Source: Burkholderiales bacterium (lineage in GTDB: Bacteria; Pseudomonadota; Gammaproteobacteria; Burkholderiales; SG8-39). From it: a stretch of DNA of 64,000 nt. Within the stretch, counting starts at the first letter, position 1. Each line of letters begins with the position of its first letter. The stretch lies in the NCBI GenBank assembly GCA_014860395.1, contig JACZJU010000102.1, positions 808-64,807 on the forward strand. The letters run 5' to 3'. The notes under the pieces were generated by a model that searched no databases, was not told the origin of the DNA, and saw only the letters and a program-made list of their open reading frames with translations. Shown in pieces: positions 9,450 to 22,465 of the stretch. A program made the position numbers and the translations under genes.

Positions 9450-11537
9450 TTACTCGCGCGCGAGTTCGCCCAGCAGCATCAATTGCGCCGAACGCGGCAG
9501 GGTGCCGCGCGGATTCTTGCGCTTGTATATTCCGTCGGCGTCCATGTCCCAGGCCTGCCGGTTGTCCTTGAGGTAGGGTTTGAGCCCCTCCTTGATGACG
9601 CGTTGTTTGAGTTTTTTGTCCAGCACCGGAAAGCAAAGCTCGACGCGGCGGAAGAAGTTGCGATCCATCCAGTCGGCGCTGGAGAGATAGACATTTTCCT
9701 TGCCGCCATTATGGAAATAGAAAATGCGCGTATGTTCGAGAAAACGGCCGACGATGGAGCGCACGCGGATTCGCTCTGACAGCCCCGGCACCCCGGGGCG
9801 CAGCGCGCACACCCCGCGCACCACGAGGTCGACGCGCACCCCGGCCTGCGAGGCCTCGTACAAGGCTTCGATTACTGTAGGTTCGAGCAGGGCATTCATT
9901 TTCGCGATGACGCGCGCCGGCTTGCCTGCCTTGGCGAGCCGGGTTTCGTTTTTTATCGCGGCGATGACGTTCGCGTGCAGCGTGAACGGCGCCTGCCACA
10001 CGTGATGCAGTTTCCCTGCCTTGCCCAGGCCGGTCAACTGCTTGAACACCTCGTTGACGTCGGCGCAGACGTCCTTGTTGCAGGTGAACAGGCCGAAGTC
10101 GGTGTAAAGGAGCGCGGTGCGCGGATGGTAATTGCCGGTGCCCAGGTGCACGTAGCGGCGCAGCTTCCCCTCCTCGCGCCGCACCACCAGCGCCATTTTT
10201 GCATGGGTCTTGTGCGCAACCACGCCATAGACCACGTGTGCGCCGACTTCCTCCAGACGCTCGGCCCAATTGATGTTGGCGACCTCCTCGAAGCGCGCCA
10301 TCAGTTCCACCACCACGGTCACTTCTTTGCCGCTGGCGGCCGCCTCGATCAGGGCTTCCATAATGGCGGAGTCGGTGCCGATGCGGTAGACCGTCTGCTT
10401 GATCGCGACCACCTGCGGGTCCTTGGCGGCTTCCTGGACGAAATTGACCACCGGCGTAAACGACTGGAACGGGTGGTGCAGCAGCACGTCGCCCTTGCGC
10501 ACTGCGGCGAAAATGTCGGCCCGCTTCGCCAAGGCGGCGGGGCGTCCCGGACGAAACGCCGGGAACGCGAGGTCGGGCCGGTTGACGAGTTCGGGGATCT
10601 GCATCAGACGCACCAGGTTGACCGGGCCGTTGACCTGGTACAGATCCTCCGCACTGAGACCAGTCTGCTGCAGCAGGAATTCGGCCATGCCCTGGGTGCA
10701 GTTGTCGGCGACCTCCAGGCGCACCGCGGCGCCCAGGTTGCGCAAAGGCAGCTCGCCCTGCAGCGCCGTGCGCAGGTTTTTTACCTCTTCTTCGTCCACG
10801 AACAGGTCGCTGTTGCGGGTGACGCGAAACTGGTAGCAGCCGCGCACGCTCATGCCCGCGAACAACTCGGACGCGTGTTCGTGCAGCACGGAGGAGAGGA
10901 AAACGAAGCTCTGTTCCTTGCCTGGTTGCAGCTCGCCGGGCAGCCGGATCATCCGCGGCAGGATGCGCGGCGCCTGCACGATTGCGGCGCGCGAGGCGCG
11001 GCCGAAGGCGTCGCGACCCTCCAGTTCCACGGCGAAGTTCAGGCTCTTGTTGAACACGCGCGGGAAGGGGTGCGCCGGATCCAGGCCGATCGGCGTGAGC
11101 ACCGGCATCATCTCGTTGAAGAAATAGTCGCGCACCCAGTTGCGCTGCGCTTCGTTCAGATCATTGCGGCGCAGGAAGCGCACGCCGGCCTTTTCCAGCT
11201 CCGGCAGGATATTCTCGTTGAGCAGCCGGTACTGGCGATCCACCAGTTCGTGTGCGATGCGGCTGACCGCGGCGAATACGTCGCGCGGGTTCATGCCGTC
11301 GGGGCCGGCGCTGGACAGATTAACGCTGATCGTCTCCTTCAGTTCGGCGACGCGGATCTCGAAGAATTCGTCCAGGTTGCTGCTGACGATGCAAAGAAAG
11401 CGCAGGCGCTCCAGCAGCGGCGTGTCCGCATCCTCGGCCTGGGCCAGCACGCGGCGGTTGAACTCGAGGATGCCGATTTCCCGGTTGAGAAACAGCACTT
11501 GCGGCGGGAGCATTGAGTCTTTCTTCTTAAACAACAT
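9450..11537 (-). CDS. ppk: Polyphosphate kinase 1
   Basis: ~695 aa. N-terminus FLNREIGILEFNRRVLAQAED, autophosphorylation-region HLGTGNYH, and two PLD-like C-terminal domains. Start chosen at the second ATG (11537); 11564 is the alternative. Confidence 0.95.
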   Translation of the reverse strand: MLFKKKDSMLPPQVLFLNREIGILEFNRRVLAQAEDADTPLLERLRFLCIVSSNLDEFFEIRVAELKETISVNLSSAGPDGMNPRDVFAAVSRIAHELVDRQYRLLNENILPELEKAGVRFLRRNDLNEAQRNWVRDYFFNEMMPVLTPIGLDPAHPFPRVFNKSLNFAVELEGRDAFGRASRAAIVQAPRILPRMIRLPGELQPGKEQSFVFLSSVLHEHASELFAGMSVRGCYQFRVTRNSDLFVDEEEVKNLRTALQGELPLRNLGAAVRLEVADNCTQGMAEFLLQQTGLSAEDLYQVNGPVNLVRLMQIPELVNRPDLAFPAFRPGRPAALAKRADIFAAVRKGDVLLHHPFQSFTPVVNFVQEAAKDPQVVAIKQTVYRIGTDSAIMEALIEAAASGKEVTVVVELMARFEEVANINWAERLEEVGAHVVYGVVAHKTHAKMALVVRREEGKLRRYVHLGTGNYHPRTALLYTDFGLFTCNKDVCADVNEVFKQLTGLGKAGKLHHVWQAPFTLHANVIAAIKNETRLAKAGKPARVIAKMNALLEPTVIEALYEASQAGVRVDLVVRGVCALRPGVPGLSERIRVRSIVGRFLEHTRIFYFHNGGKENVYLSSADWMDRNFFRRVELCFPVLDKKLKQRVIKEGLKPYLKDNRQAWDMDADGIYKRKNPRGTLPRSAQLMLLGELARE

Positions 11538-11658
11538 AGCGTAAGCTCTGCATGTTGCAGCCATATTACCCCAATCGCGGGCGCAGCAATATTCCCGTCA
11601 TATTCGCTTGCTAGCATCCTCCGATCCAATGGACTATCGGGTCGGGCAGCCATCCCTC

Positions 11659-12363
11659 ATGCAGCACAAGCATACCTCCAGCCAATTCGATGCCCAGTTG
11701 GAGCAGATTCGCTCCAAAGTCCTGCATATGGGCGGCGCGGTCGAGGACCAGCTGTCTTTGGCGGTGCGCTCGCTGCAGGCGGGCGAAATGTATCTGATCG
11801 AGCAGGTGCTGGATGTAGAACTCCAGGTCAATGCGCTGGAAATGGAGATTGATGAGCTATGCACCAACATCATCGCGCGCCGCACACCGACCGCGATCGA
11901 TCTGCGCATGGTGACCATGGTCGTCAAAACGATCACCGACCTTGAGCGGGTGGGCGATGAGGCGAAGAAGATTGTGCTGATGGCGCGCGAGTTCTTCCGC
12001 AGCGGGCGCGGCCATATGCCGCGCTATTCCGAGATCCAGCGCATGTCCGGGATCGTCATCGATATGCTGCGTGACGCGCTGGACGGTTTTGCCCGCCTCG
12101 ATGCGGAAACGGCGCCATCGATCGCGCGCCGCGATCTGGAAGTGGACGACTCTTTTCGCGCCATCCTGCGCGAGCTGCTCACCTATATGATCGAAGACCC
12201 GCGCACCATATCGGCGACCCTCGACACGGTGTTCATCGCCAAGGCGCTGGAGCGCGTGGGCGATCACGCCAAGAACATTTCCGAATACGTGGTCTACATG
12301 ATCATGGGCAAGGATGTGCGCCATCTGAGCGCGGATGAAATAGAGCTGGCGGTGAAATCGTAG
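11659..12363 (+). CDS. phoU: Phosphate signalling complex protein PhoU
   Basis: HTSSQFDAQLEQIRSKVLHMGG N-terminus. Duplicated PhoU repeats with DLERVGDEAKKI and ALERVGDHAKNI. ATG at 11659 inside ORF track 11608..12363. Confidence 0.93.
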   Translation: MQHKHTSSQFDAQLEQIRSKVLHMGGAVEDQLSLAVRSLQAGEMYLIEQVLDVELQVNALEMEIDELCTNIIARRTPTAIDLRMVTMVVKTITDLERVGDEAKKIVLMAREFFRSGRGHMPRYSEIQRMSGIVIDMLRDALDGFARLDAETAPSIARRDLEVDDSFRAILRELLTYMIEDPRTISATLDTVFIAKALERVGDHAKNISEYVVYMIMGKDVRHLSADEIELAVKS

Positions 12364-12454
12364 TCCGCGGCGATGGCCGCGCCACGCAACTTGGCGGCGC
12401 AGGTCGAGTAATTCTGTTGCGTGCCCATGTTCGCGGTGCTAAGGTATTCGCGCC

Positions 12455-13954
12455 ATGCAATACGAGACTCTTGCCGCGGTCGACCTCGGCTCCAACAGCT
12501 TTCATCTGCAAATCGGCCGTATCGTCGACGATCAGATCTATCTGCTCGACGGCATGCGCGAGCCGGTGCGCCTGGGCGCCGGGCTGACGCGCGACAAGCG
12601 CATCGACCGCGCCACCCAGGTGCGCGCGCTGGATGCGCTGCGGCGTTTTTCCGACCGGCTGCGCGGCTTTCCCGCGGAGGCGGTGCGCGTCGTCGGCACC
12701 AACGCGCTGCGCGTGGCCAAGAATTCGCGCCAATTCCTGGCCGAGGCCAAGGAGGCGCTGGGCTTTCCGATAGAAATCATCGCCGGACGCGAGGAAGCGC
12801 GGCTGATCTACGTCGGCGTGGCGCACAGTCTGACGCTAAGCCGCGAAAAGCGCCTGGTGATCGACATAGGCGGCGGCTCGACCGAATGTATCATCGGCAT
12901 CGGCGTCGAGCCGGTGCTCATGGACAGCCTGTACATGGGCTGCGTCAGCTTCAGCCTGAGGTACTTCGCAGACGGCAGGATCGAGAAGTCCGCGTTCAAG
13001 CAAGCCGAACTTGCGGCGAGAAACGAACTGCAGACCATCGTCAAGCAGTACACCCGGCACGGTTGGGGCGAGGCCGTAGGCGCGTCCGGGACCGCGCGCT
13101 CGATAGCCAGCATTCTCGAAGCCAACGGCTGGAGCGAGCACGGCATATCGGCGCCGGGGCTGGACAAGTTGAGAAGCGCTTTCCTCAAGGCGGGGGAGGT
13201 CGAGCGCCTGGACTTGCCCGGCTTGCGCGAGGACCGCGCTTCCATACTACCTGGCGGCCTGGCCATCATGTGCGCCGCGTTCGCCGAGCTGGGCATCGAA
13301 CACATGAGCGTTTCGGACGCCGCCCTGCGCCAGGGGGTGCTCTACGATCTGCTAGGCCGCGTGCAGAAGCACGACATGCGCGAAGTCACGGTGCAGCACT
13401 TCATGCGCCGCTATCACGTCGATACGGCGCAGGCGCGGCGCGTGGCGGAGCTGGCGGCGAGCTTGCATCGCAATCTGCGCGGGAGCGAGAGCGACCCGAA
13501 TGCGGAACAGACGCTCGCCTGGGGCGCCGCCCTGCACGAGATCGGCATTTCCATCGCCCACAACGGCTATCACAAGCATTCGGCCTATATCATCGCCAAT
13601 GCCGACATGCCCGGGTTCTCGCGCATGGAGCAGTCGCAGCTGGCGCGGCTCGCGCTCGCCCATCGCGGCAAGCTGGCCAAGCTGCAGGACCTGAGCCCGG
13701 TTCCCGACGATTGGGCGCTGGTGTTCTGCCTGCGCCTGGCGAGTCTTTTCTGCCGCAGTCGCACCGATCTCGATCTGCCGCGGCTTGCCTGCGAACTGAC
13801 AGAGAGCGGCTTTCGCCTGCTGCTGCCGCCGGACCTGCTGGAGGACCGCCCCTTGATCGCGGCCGCGCTGGCCGATGAAGCGGACCAATGGAAATCGATC
13901 GGGCTGCGGCTGGAAACGAAGCCGCTGCGCGATACTGGAGCCAAGGCGGCCTGA
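12455..13954 (+). CDS. ppx: Exopolyphosphatase (Ppx/GppA family)
   Basis: LAAVDLGSNSFHLQI, DIGGGSTE and RLIYVGVAH (ASKHA fold), followed by an HD-like C-terminal domain. 499 aa. Confidence 0.93.
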   Translation: MQYETLAAVDLGSNSFHLQIGRIVDDQIYLLDGMREPVRLGAGLTRDKRIDRATQVRALDALRRFSDRLRGFPAEAVRVVGTNALRVAKNSRQFLAEAKEALGFPIEIIAGREEARLIYVGVAHSLTLSREKRLVIDIGGGSTECIIGIGVEPVLMDSLYMGCVSFSLRYFADGRIEKSAFKQAELAARNELQTIVKQYTRHGWGEAVGASGTARSIASILEANGWSEHGISAPGLDKLRSAFLKAGEVERLDLPGLREDRASILPGGLAIMCAAFAELGIEHMSVSDAALRQGVLYDLLGRVQKHDMREVTVQHFMRRYHVDTAQARRVAELAASLHRNLRGSESDPNAEQTLAWGAALHEIGISIAHNGYHKHSAYIIANADMPGFSRMEQSQLARLALAHRGKLAKLQDLSPVPDDWALVFCLRLASLFCRSRTDLDLPRLACELTESGFRLLLPPDLLEDRPLIAAALADEADQWKSIGLRLETKPLRDTGAKAA

Positions 13955-14164
13955 CGACCGGTTAAGCGCAAGCCCTAAAATAGGGTGCGCCGATGCCGGG
14001 ATCAGTCTTTGCGCTTATTCCTAATCATCGTTGGCAGCGCCAGGCCGCGGCTGCATCGAACTTTTCATCCACACTAAGGTCTACGCAATTGTTTCAAACC
14101 GCGCCGTTTCGGGATATATCTCGGCGCGACTGAGGACGGCCCATACTCCGAGTGGATATTCGTT

Positions 14165-14569
14165 ATGGAATGGAAGACCGAGTACGCGACCGGCATACGC
14201 AACATTGATGCTCATCACCGAAAGTTGATGGAGTTCATCGCTTTGTTTGAAAATGCTGTGCAACACAATGCGCCCGGGAACGAGGTCCGCGCCTTGTTCC
14301 AGCGCACGAAGACTTTCCTGCAATTTCACTTTGACGTCGAAGAAGCTTTGATGCGCCTGGTCCCGTACCCGGGACTCGACGCGCATAGAACGGAACATCA
14401 GCAGGTGTTATCGCAAATCGAGCAGCTAGAGCAGCGCGCGGCTGGCGACATTGCGCCGAACGACCTGGCGGCGTCGATGCAGGCCTGCCTGGCCGATCAC
14501 ATTGCGGCCGGCGACAGATTGTTCGCGCAATACGCCCACCGCCTCTACGGTCAGGCAAGCCTGCCTTAG
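14165..14569 (+). CDS. Bacteriohemerythrin (hemerythrin-like metal-binding protein)
   Basis: WKTEYATGIRNIDAHHRKLMEFI start, then HFDVEE and H..H...H / DHI ligand pattern. 134 aa. Confidence 0.88.
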   Translation: MEWKTEYATGIRNIDAHHRKLMEFIALFENAVQHNAPGNEVRALFQRTKTFLQFHFDVEEALMRLVPYPGLDAHRTEHQQVLSQIEQLEQRAAGDIAPNDLAASMQACLADHIAAGDRLFAQYAHRLYGQASLP

Positions 14570-14570
14570 A

Positions 14571-14625
14571 GCCTATTTCAAAATGAGGGGATACATCCCC
14601 TCACGCTCCCCTAAATCAGGGACCA
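14571..14625 (+). repeat. REP-like hairpin element, copy A
   Basis: Hairpin TGAGGGGA-tacA-TCCCCTCA (14584-14603) followed by conserved tail CGCTCCCCTAAATCAGG. Between convergent hemerythrin and sixA-like genes. Confidence 0.6.
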
Positions 14626-14655
14626 TTTCTTTAATTCTGCAATGACCTCTTAGCT

Positions 14656-15156
14656 CTATAGCAAGTCCGGGGCGACGACGGCGCGCAGGATGATCTCGCC
14701 CGTGCGATTCGAAAACCACCACAGCGCGCCTTTCTTGATGGTCCAGTCGTCGGGCGCACCGGCGAGCAACTGGGCGGCGACTTGCCCCAGGGTGGGTTGG
14801 TGGCCGACTACGAGGACCGCGCCTTTGCGCCGCGGCCAGTCGCTTGCGGCGATGATATCGGTGACACTTGCGTGCACGCCGATGCGCTTTTCGGTGGTGT
14901 ATGGCAGATCCAGCGCGGCGGCGGTTTGCTGGGCGCGCTTGGCCGGGCTGACCAAGATCGTGCACTCGGCAGGCAGTCGCGGCTTGAGCCATTGCGCTAC
15001 CTGCTTCGCCTGTTTCAATCCTTTCTTCGTGAGGGCGCGCCCGGAATCGGGTATTCCGTCTTCGGCGTCGGCATGACGCCAGAGCAGGAGTTCCGCGGTG
15101 AATTCAGCTTCGTTCTGAGTCATGCTATTCGTCTCCGTGCAATCCGCTTGCGTCAA
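14656..15156 (-). CDS. sixA: Histidine phosphatase superfamily protein, SixA-like phosphohistidine phosphatase
   Basis: LLLWRHADAE (RH catalytic motif) and VLVVGHQPTLG. ~155-166 aa. An alternative ATG lies at 15123. Confidence 0.8.
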   Translation of the reverse strand: MTQADCTETNSMTQNEAEFTAELLLWRHADAEDGIPDSGRALTKKGLKQAKQVAQWLKPRLPAECTILVSPAKRAQQTAAALDLPYTTEKRIGVHASVTDIIAASDWPRRKGAVLVVGHQPTLGQVAAQLLAGAPDDWTIKKGALWWFSNRTGEIILRAVVAPDLL

Positions 15157-15184
15157 AATGCGGCCGCTTTCTACAGTAGGAAGG

Positions 15185-15781
15185 CTAGGCCGGCCAGCCG
15201 AGCAGGGTAAGCGCGCCGGTGAGGACGAACAGGCCGGCCGCTGCCAGGCGTATCGCTTTCATCGGCAGGCGTGCGGCAAGCTTCTCGCCTATCATAACCG
15301 CGGGCACGTTGGCGAGCATCATGCCCAGCGTCGTGCCCAGCACCACCGCCGCCAGGCTGTCGAAGCGCGCGGCCAGCGCCACCGTCGCGAGCTGCGTCTT
15401 GTCTCCCATCTCGGCGAGGAAGAAAGCGATCAGCGCGGTGGCGAAGGCGCCGGCGCGATGGATTTTCGGATCGTCATCGAGCGCGTCCGGATGCAGCGCC
15501 CACAGGCCGAAGCCGATGAATAGCAGCCCGGTCACCCACAGCATCACGCCGGGTCCGGCCAGTTGCGCGAGCCAGGCGCCGAGCGAGCCCGCCAGCGCGT
15601 GATTGGCAATCGTCGCCACGAGAATGCCGGCGATGATGGCCCAGGGCCGGCGCAGGCGCGCCGCGAGTATGAAGGAGAGGAGCTGTGTCTTGTCGCCGAT
15701 TTCGGCGACGGCGACCAGCAGGGTGGAGGTAAGGAAGGCTTCCAAGGGGATTTGCCCGCGATCGGGGGATGATATAAGCAA
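15185..15781 (-). CDS. TMEM165/GDT1 (UPF0016) family cation (Ca2+/Mn2+) transporter
   Basis: Two copies of the E-x-G-D-K-T motif (AEIGDKTQLLS and AEMGDKTQLAT) in a 6-TM protein of 198 aa. Confidence 0.88.
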   Translation of the reverse strand: MLISSPDRGQIPLEAFLTSTLLVAVAEIGDKTQLLSFILAARLRRPWAIIAGILVATIANHALAGSLGAWLAQLAGPGVMLWVTGLLFIGFGLWALHPDALDDDPKIHRAGAFATALIAFFLAEMGDKTQLATVALAARFDSLAAVVLGTTLGMMLANVPAVMIGEKLAARLPMKAIRLAAAGLFVLTGALTLLGWPA

Positions 15782-15856
15782 TGACGCTCTGCCGCCGCGT
15801 TTAGGGCGGCTGCTCCCCGATGACGGCGGGCGGACTATATGCCGCGTCGCGCGGCT

Positions 15857-16285
15857 TCAGGATTTCTTATGCGGGCAGTCTGGCTTGATGCAATCGACGT
15901 ACAGATGCAGCGAGTGCTCGGTGATGACAAAGCCCCGCTGCTTGGCGATTTTGTTCTGGCGCTTTTCGATCTCGGCGTCGTAGAACTCCTCGACCCGCCC
16001 GCATTGCATGCATACCAGATGATCGTGATGGCTGCCGGCGTTGAGCTCGAACACGGCGCGGCCGGATTCGAAATGATGCCGCTGCAGCAGGCCGGCATGC
16101 TCGAACTGCGTCAGTACGCGATAGACCGTGGCGAGGCCGGTGTCCAGTCCTTCCGCTACCAGAAGCTTGTATACGTCCTCGGCGGACAGGTGGCGCACCT
16201 TGCTTTTCTCGAACAGATTGAGAATCTTGAGCCGGGGCGCGGTGGCCTTGAGGCCGATAGTCTTGAGATCTTCTGGTTTGCTCAT
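15857..16285 (-). CDS. fur: Ferric uptake regulator
   Basis: [46 protein letters not shown]. 142 aa. Confidence 0.95.
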   Translation of the reverse strand: MSKPEDLKTIGLKATAPRLKILNLFEKSKVRHLSAEDVYKLLVAEGLDTGLATVYRVLTQFEHAGLLQRHHFESGRAVFELNAGSHHDHLVCMQCGRVEEFYDAEIEKRQNKIAKQRGFVITEHSLHLYVDCIKPDCPHKKS

Positions 16286-16368
16286 AGGGGTCGATGGGGC
16301 TGCTCAATGATGCGGAAAAACTAGGTTATCATATAGCGCTGCACCCTACCAGAGAACGAATCCTATCT

Positions 16369-16788
16369 ATGTTTTTACGCGCACTGCCCGCAATGGCCGC
16401 ATTACTCCTCGCTTCCTGCGGTTCCGGCGGGCTGCCGATACCGGACCTCAAGCCTTACCGGATCGAAATTCAGCAGGGGAATTTCGTTTCGCAGGAAATG
16501 GTGTCGCAACTTAAGCCCGGTATGAGCAAGGACCAGGTGCGCTTCGTTTTGGGCACGCCGCTGATCACCGACACCTTTCATGCCGATCGCTGGGACTATG
16601 TGTTCCGGCGGCAAAGGGCCAACTCGCGCGAGCTGGAGCAGCGCAAGATCGCGGTGTTCTTCGAGGACGGCAAGTTGAAGCGCGTCGACGGCGACGTGAA
16701 GCCCGCGGCCGGCGCGGACAATTCCGCGGCAAACACGGACCAGTCTGCGGCCGCGCCCCCACCGCCGGCGGACGGCAAGCCGCAGTAA
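16369..16788 (+). CDS. bamE: Outer membrane protein assembly factor BamE (SmpA/OmlA lipoprotein)
   Basis: Lipobox LLLASCGS. IEIQQGNFVSQEMVSQLKPGMSKDQVRFVLGTPL is the BamE core. Divergent from fur, as in many Betaproteobacteria. ATG at 16369 inside ORF track 16294..16788. Confidence 0.9.
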   Translation: MFLRALPAMAALLLASCGSGGLPIPDLKPYRIEIQQGNFVSQEMVSQLKPGMSKDQVRFVLGTPLITDTFHADRWDYVFRRQRANSRELEQRKIAVFFEDGKLKRVDGDVKPAAGADNSAANTDQSAAAPPPPADGKPQ

Positions 16789-16853
16789 AAAAGCTGGCGG
16801 CAACGGCTCAAAGAGAAGTTCTTACGTGACCGCATGATTTTGAAGGCGTCGGT

Positions 16854-17651
16854 ATGAAGATCGCTATTGCAGGCAGCTCAGGACGCATGGGCCGCAGCCT
16901 GATCGAGGCAGTGCTGTCGGGCAAGGATCTGAAGCTGTCCGCAGCGTTGGACGTCGTCGGAAGCGCATACCTGGGCAAGGATGCAGGCGAGGCCCTGGGC
17001 AGCGCCTGCGGCGTTGCGGTCAGCGCCGACTATGCCGCCGGCATCGCCGCGTCCGACTGCCTGATCGACTTCACGCGGCCCGAAGGCAGCCTGCTGCATC
17101 TGGACGCCTGCGTGAAGGCGGGCACGAACATGGTGATAGGTACGACCGGCTTCAGCGCCGAGGGCAAGCAGCGCATCGTCGCCGCAGCAAAGCAAATTGC
17201 CATCGTGTTTGCGCCGAATATGGCCATCGGCGTCAATGCCACCTTCAAGTTGGCCGAGGTCGCGGCGAAAATCCTGGGCGACGCCTATGACGTCGAAATC
17301 ATAGAGGCGCATCACCGGCACAAGGTCGATGCGCCATCGGGGACGGCGCTCAAGCTTGGCGAAGTAGTCGCTGCGGCGCTAGGCCGTGACCTGAAAAACT
17401 GTGCCGTGTACGGGCGCGAGGGCGACACCGGCGAGCGCGACGCCAAGAGCATAGGTTTCCACGCGATTCGCGGCGGCGATATCGTCGGTGAGCACACCGT
17501 GATGTTTGCCGGGAGCGGCGAGCGCATCGAAATCACGGTGCGCTCGCAAAGCCGCACGACCTATGCAGCGGGTGCCCTGCGGGCTGCGCGCTTCCTCAAG
17601 GGCAAGGCCTCGGGACTTTACGACATGCAGGACGTGCTCGGTCTGCGCTGA
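16854..17651 (+). CDS. dapB: 4-hydroxy-tetrahydrodipicolinate reductase
   Basis: [14 protein letters not shown] (NAD(P)-binding), [15 protein letters not shown] and [12 protein letters not shown] motifs. 265 aa. Confidence 0.96.
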   Translation: MKIAIAGSSGRMGRSLIEAVLSGKDLKLSAALDVVGSAYLGKDAGEALGSACGVAVSADYAAGIAASDCLIDFTRPEGSLLHLDACVKAGTNMVIGTTGFSAEGKQRIVAAAKQIAIVFAPNMAIGVNATFKLAEVAAKILGDAYDVEIIEAHHRHKVDAPSGTALKLGEVVAAALGRDLKNCAVYGREGDTGERDAKSIGFHAIRGGDIVGEHTVMFAGSGERIEITVRSQSRTTYAAGALRAARFLKGKASGLYDMQDVLGLR

Positions 17652-17679
17652 ACGGGCGCAGCCCGGCGTAAAAGCCCAT

Positions 17680-17748
17680 GCTGCGCGATTCCTGGAGGGA
17701 AAGACGTCGGGTCTTTACGGTATGCAGGACGTGCTTGGCCTGAAGTAA
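17680..17748 (+). pseudogene. Degenerate second copy of the last ~22 codons plus stop of dapB
   Basis: 54/69 nt identical (counted by hand) to 17583-17651, offset 97 bp. Encodes AARFLEGKTSGLYGMQDVLGLK* versus the genuine [22 protein letters not shown]. Confidence 0.8.
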
Positions 17749-17798
17749 TCCATCGTCTTTTGCTCGCTCACGCTTTGCGCCACACCGCGCCGGCGTGT

Positions 17799-17880
17799 TT
17801 GGCGCGAAGTAGTGTTCCGAGTTATAATCACCCGGTATGACGGGACGGGACCTGCGTGGTGCCTGTCCCGTTTCTATATA
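17799..17880 (+). promoter_or_regulatory. Putative carAB promoter (TTGGCG-18-TATAAT) and leader hairpin/attenuator
   Basis: TATAAT at 17823-17828. Hairpin ACGGGAC...GTCCCGT (17840-17871) is followed by TTCTATATATAAA. A 19-codon ORF (17837..17896) spans the hairpin and ends 2 nt before the carA GTG. Confidence 0.35.
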
Positions 17881-17898
17881 TAAATCCTGGAGTTAGCC

Positions 17899-19080
17899 GT
17901 GTCCTCGCCGTTTCCGCCCGCCGTTCTTGCGCTCGCCGACGGGACCATATTTTACGGCTCCGGATTCGGCGCAGCGGGCAGTACGGTGGGCGAAGTGGTG
18001 TTCAACACCGCCATGACCGGTTACCAGGAAATCCTCACCGATCCCTCCTATTGCCGTCAGATCGTCACGCTGACCCATCCGCATATAGGCAACACCGGCA
18101 TCAACCGGGAAGACCAGGAATCGGCGCAGGTGCACACGGCCGGCTTGGTGATCCGCGACCTGCCGTTGCGCGTATCGAATTTTCGCAGCGAACAAAGCCT
18201 GTCCGACTATCTCCGGGCCGGCAAGATCGTTGCAATCGCCGGCATCGATACGCGCAAGCTCACGCGCATTCTGCGCACTCATGGCGCGCAGTCAGGATGC
18301 CTGCTCGCCGCAGCGCAAGGCGAGTCGCTGAGCGACGCTGACGTGGCGCGTGCCGTTGCGCTGGCGCGCGAGTTTCCGGGCCTCGCCGGCATGGATCTGG
18401 CGAAAGTGGTGTCGGTAAGCAAAGCCTACGATTGGAGCGATGGTGCATGGGCGCTGGGCGAGGGATATCGAAAAATCGACAGCCATCGTTTCCATGTCGC
18501 CGCCTATGACTACGGCGTGAAGCGCAACATCCTGCGCCTGTTGGCCGAGCGCGGCTGCAAGGTGACGGTGTACCCGGCCGAGACGCCGGCAAAGGCGGTG
18601 CTGGCCGCTAACCCAGACGGCGTCTTCCTTTCCAATGGACCGGGCGATCCGGAACCCTGCACCTACGCCATCGAAGCGATAAGCGAAATCATCGATGCCG
18701 GCATACCCACATTCGGCATCTGCCTCGGCCATCAGTTGCTCGGTCTGGCATCGGGCGCAAAGACCATGAAAATGAAGTTCGGGCACCACGGCGCCAATCA
18801 CCCGGTGAAGGACCTGGACACCGGACAGGTGGCGATCACCAGTCAGAATCACGGCTTTGCCGTCGATGCGGCGACGCTGCCGGCCAACTTGCGGCCGACC
18901 CATGTTTCGCTGTTCGACGGCAGTCTGCAGGGCATGGCGCGTACCGATCGGCCCGCCTTCTGCTTCCAGGGCCATCCCGAGGCGAGCCCCGGCCCGCATG
19001 ACATCGGCTATCTGTTCGATCGCTTTGTGAAACTGATGGACGATGCCAAGGGCGGCAAGCCCGTCGGCGCGAAGAAATAG
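17899..19080 (+). CDS. carA: Carbamoyl-phosphate synthase small (glutaminase) subunit
   Basis: [32 protein letters not shown], and GATase triad region GICLGHQLL ... FQGHPE. GTG start. Confidence 0.96.
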   Translation: MSSPFPPAVLALADGTIFYGSGFGAAGSTVGEVVFNTAMTGYQEILTDPSYCRQIVTLTHPHIGNTGINREDQESAQVHTAGLVIRDLPLRVSNFRSEQSLSDYLRAGKIVAIAGIDTRKLTRILRTHGAQSGCLLAAAQGESLSDADVARAVALAREFPGLAGMDLAKVVSVSKAYDWSDGAWALGEGYRKIDSHRFHVAAYDYGVKRNILRLLAERGCKVTVYPAETPAKAVLAANPDGVFLSNGPGDPEPCTYAIEAISEIIDAGIPTFGICLGHQLLGLASGAKTMKMKFGHHGANHPVKDLDTGQVAITSQNHGFAVDAATLPANLRPTHVSLFDGSLQGMARTDRPAFCFQGHPEASPGPHDIGYLFDRFVKLMDDAKGGKPVGAKK

Positions 19081-19081
19081 C

Positions 19082-22303
<3,222 letters not shown>

Positions 22304-22465
22304 TGGTCTCCAACTAACTCAGAGTTGATAGAATTGGCGAAGAGCGGGACGGGAAAGGGTCCCTCCCGCTTCCTTGGCACCCCCTTTTTCCGTTGGTTAG
22401 GGGTTTTTCCCTGGCCGAAGACAGCTTGTTTGCTTCCGGCTGGCCCGACTTAGGATTGAACGAAC

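Noticed and set aside
13968-13995. Hairpin after ppx (gcgcaagccctaaaatagggtgcgc) as terminator
   Set aside because: The stem is bulged and has no U-tract. Support is insufficient to list it as a feature.
16286-16368. Possible Fur box in the fur/bamE divergent spacer (aatgatgcggaaaaactaggttatcat)
   Set aside because: It has only a weak resemblance to GATAATGATAATCATTATC, and I could not find a 19-bp palindrome.
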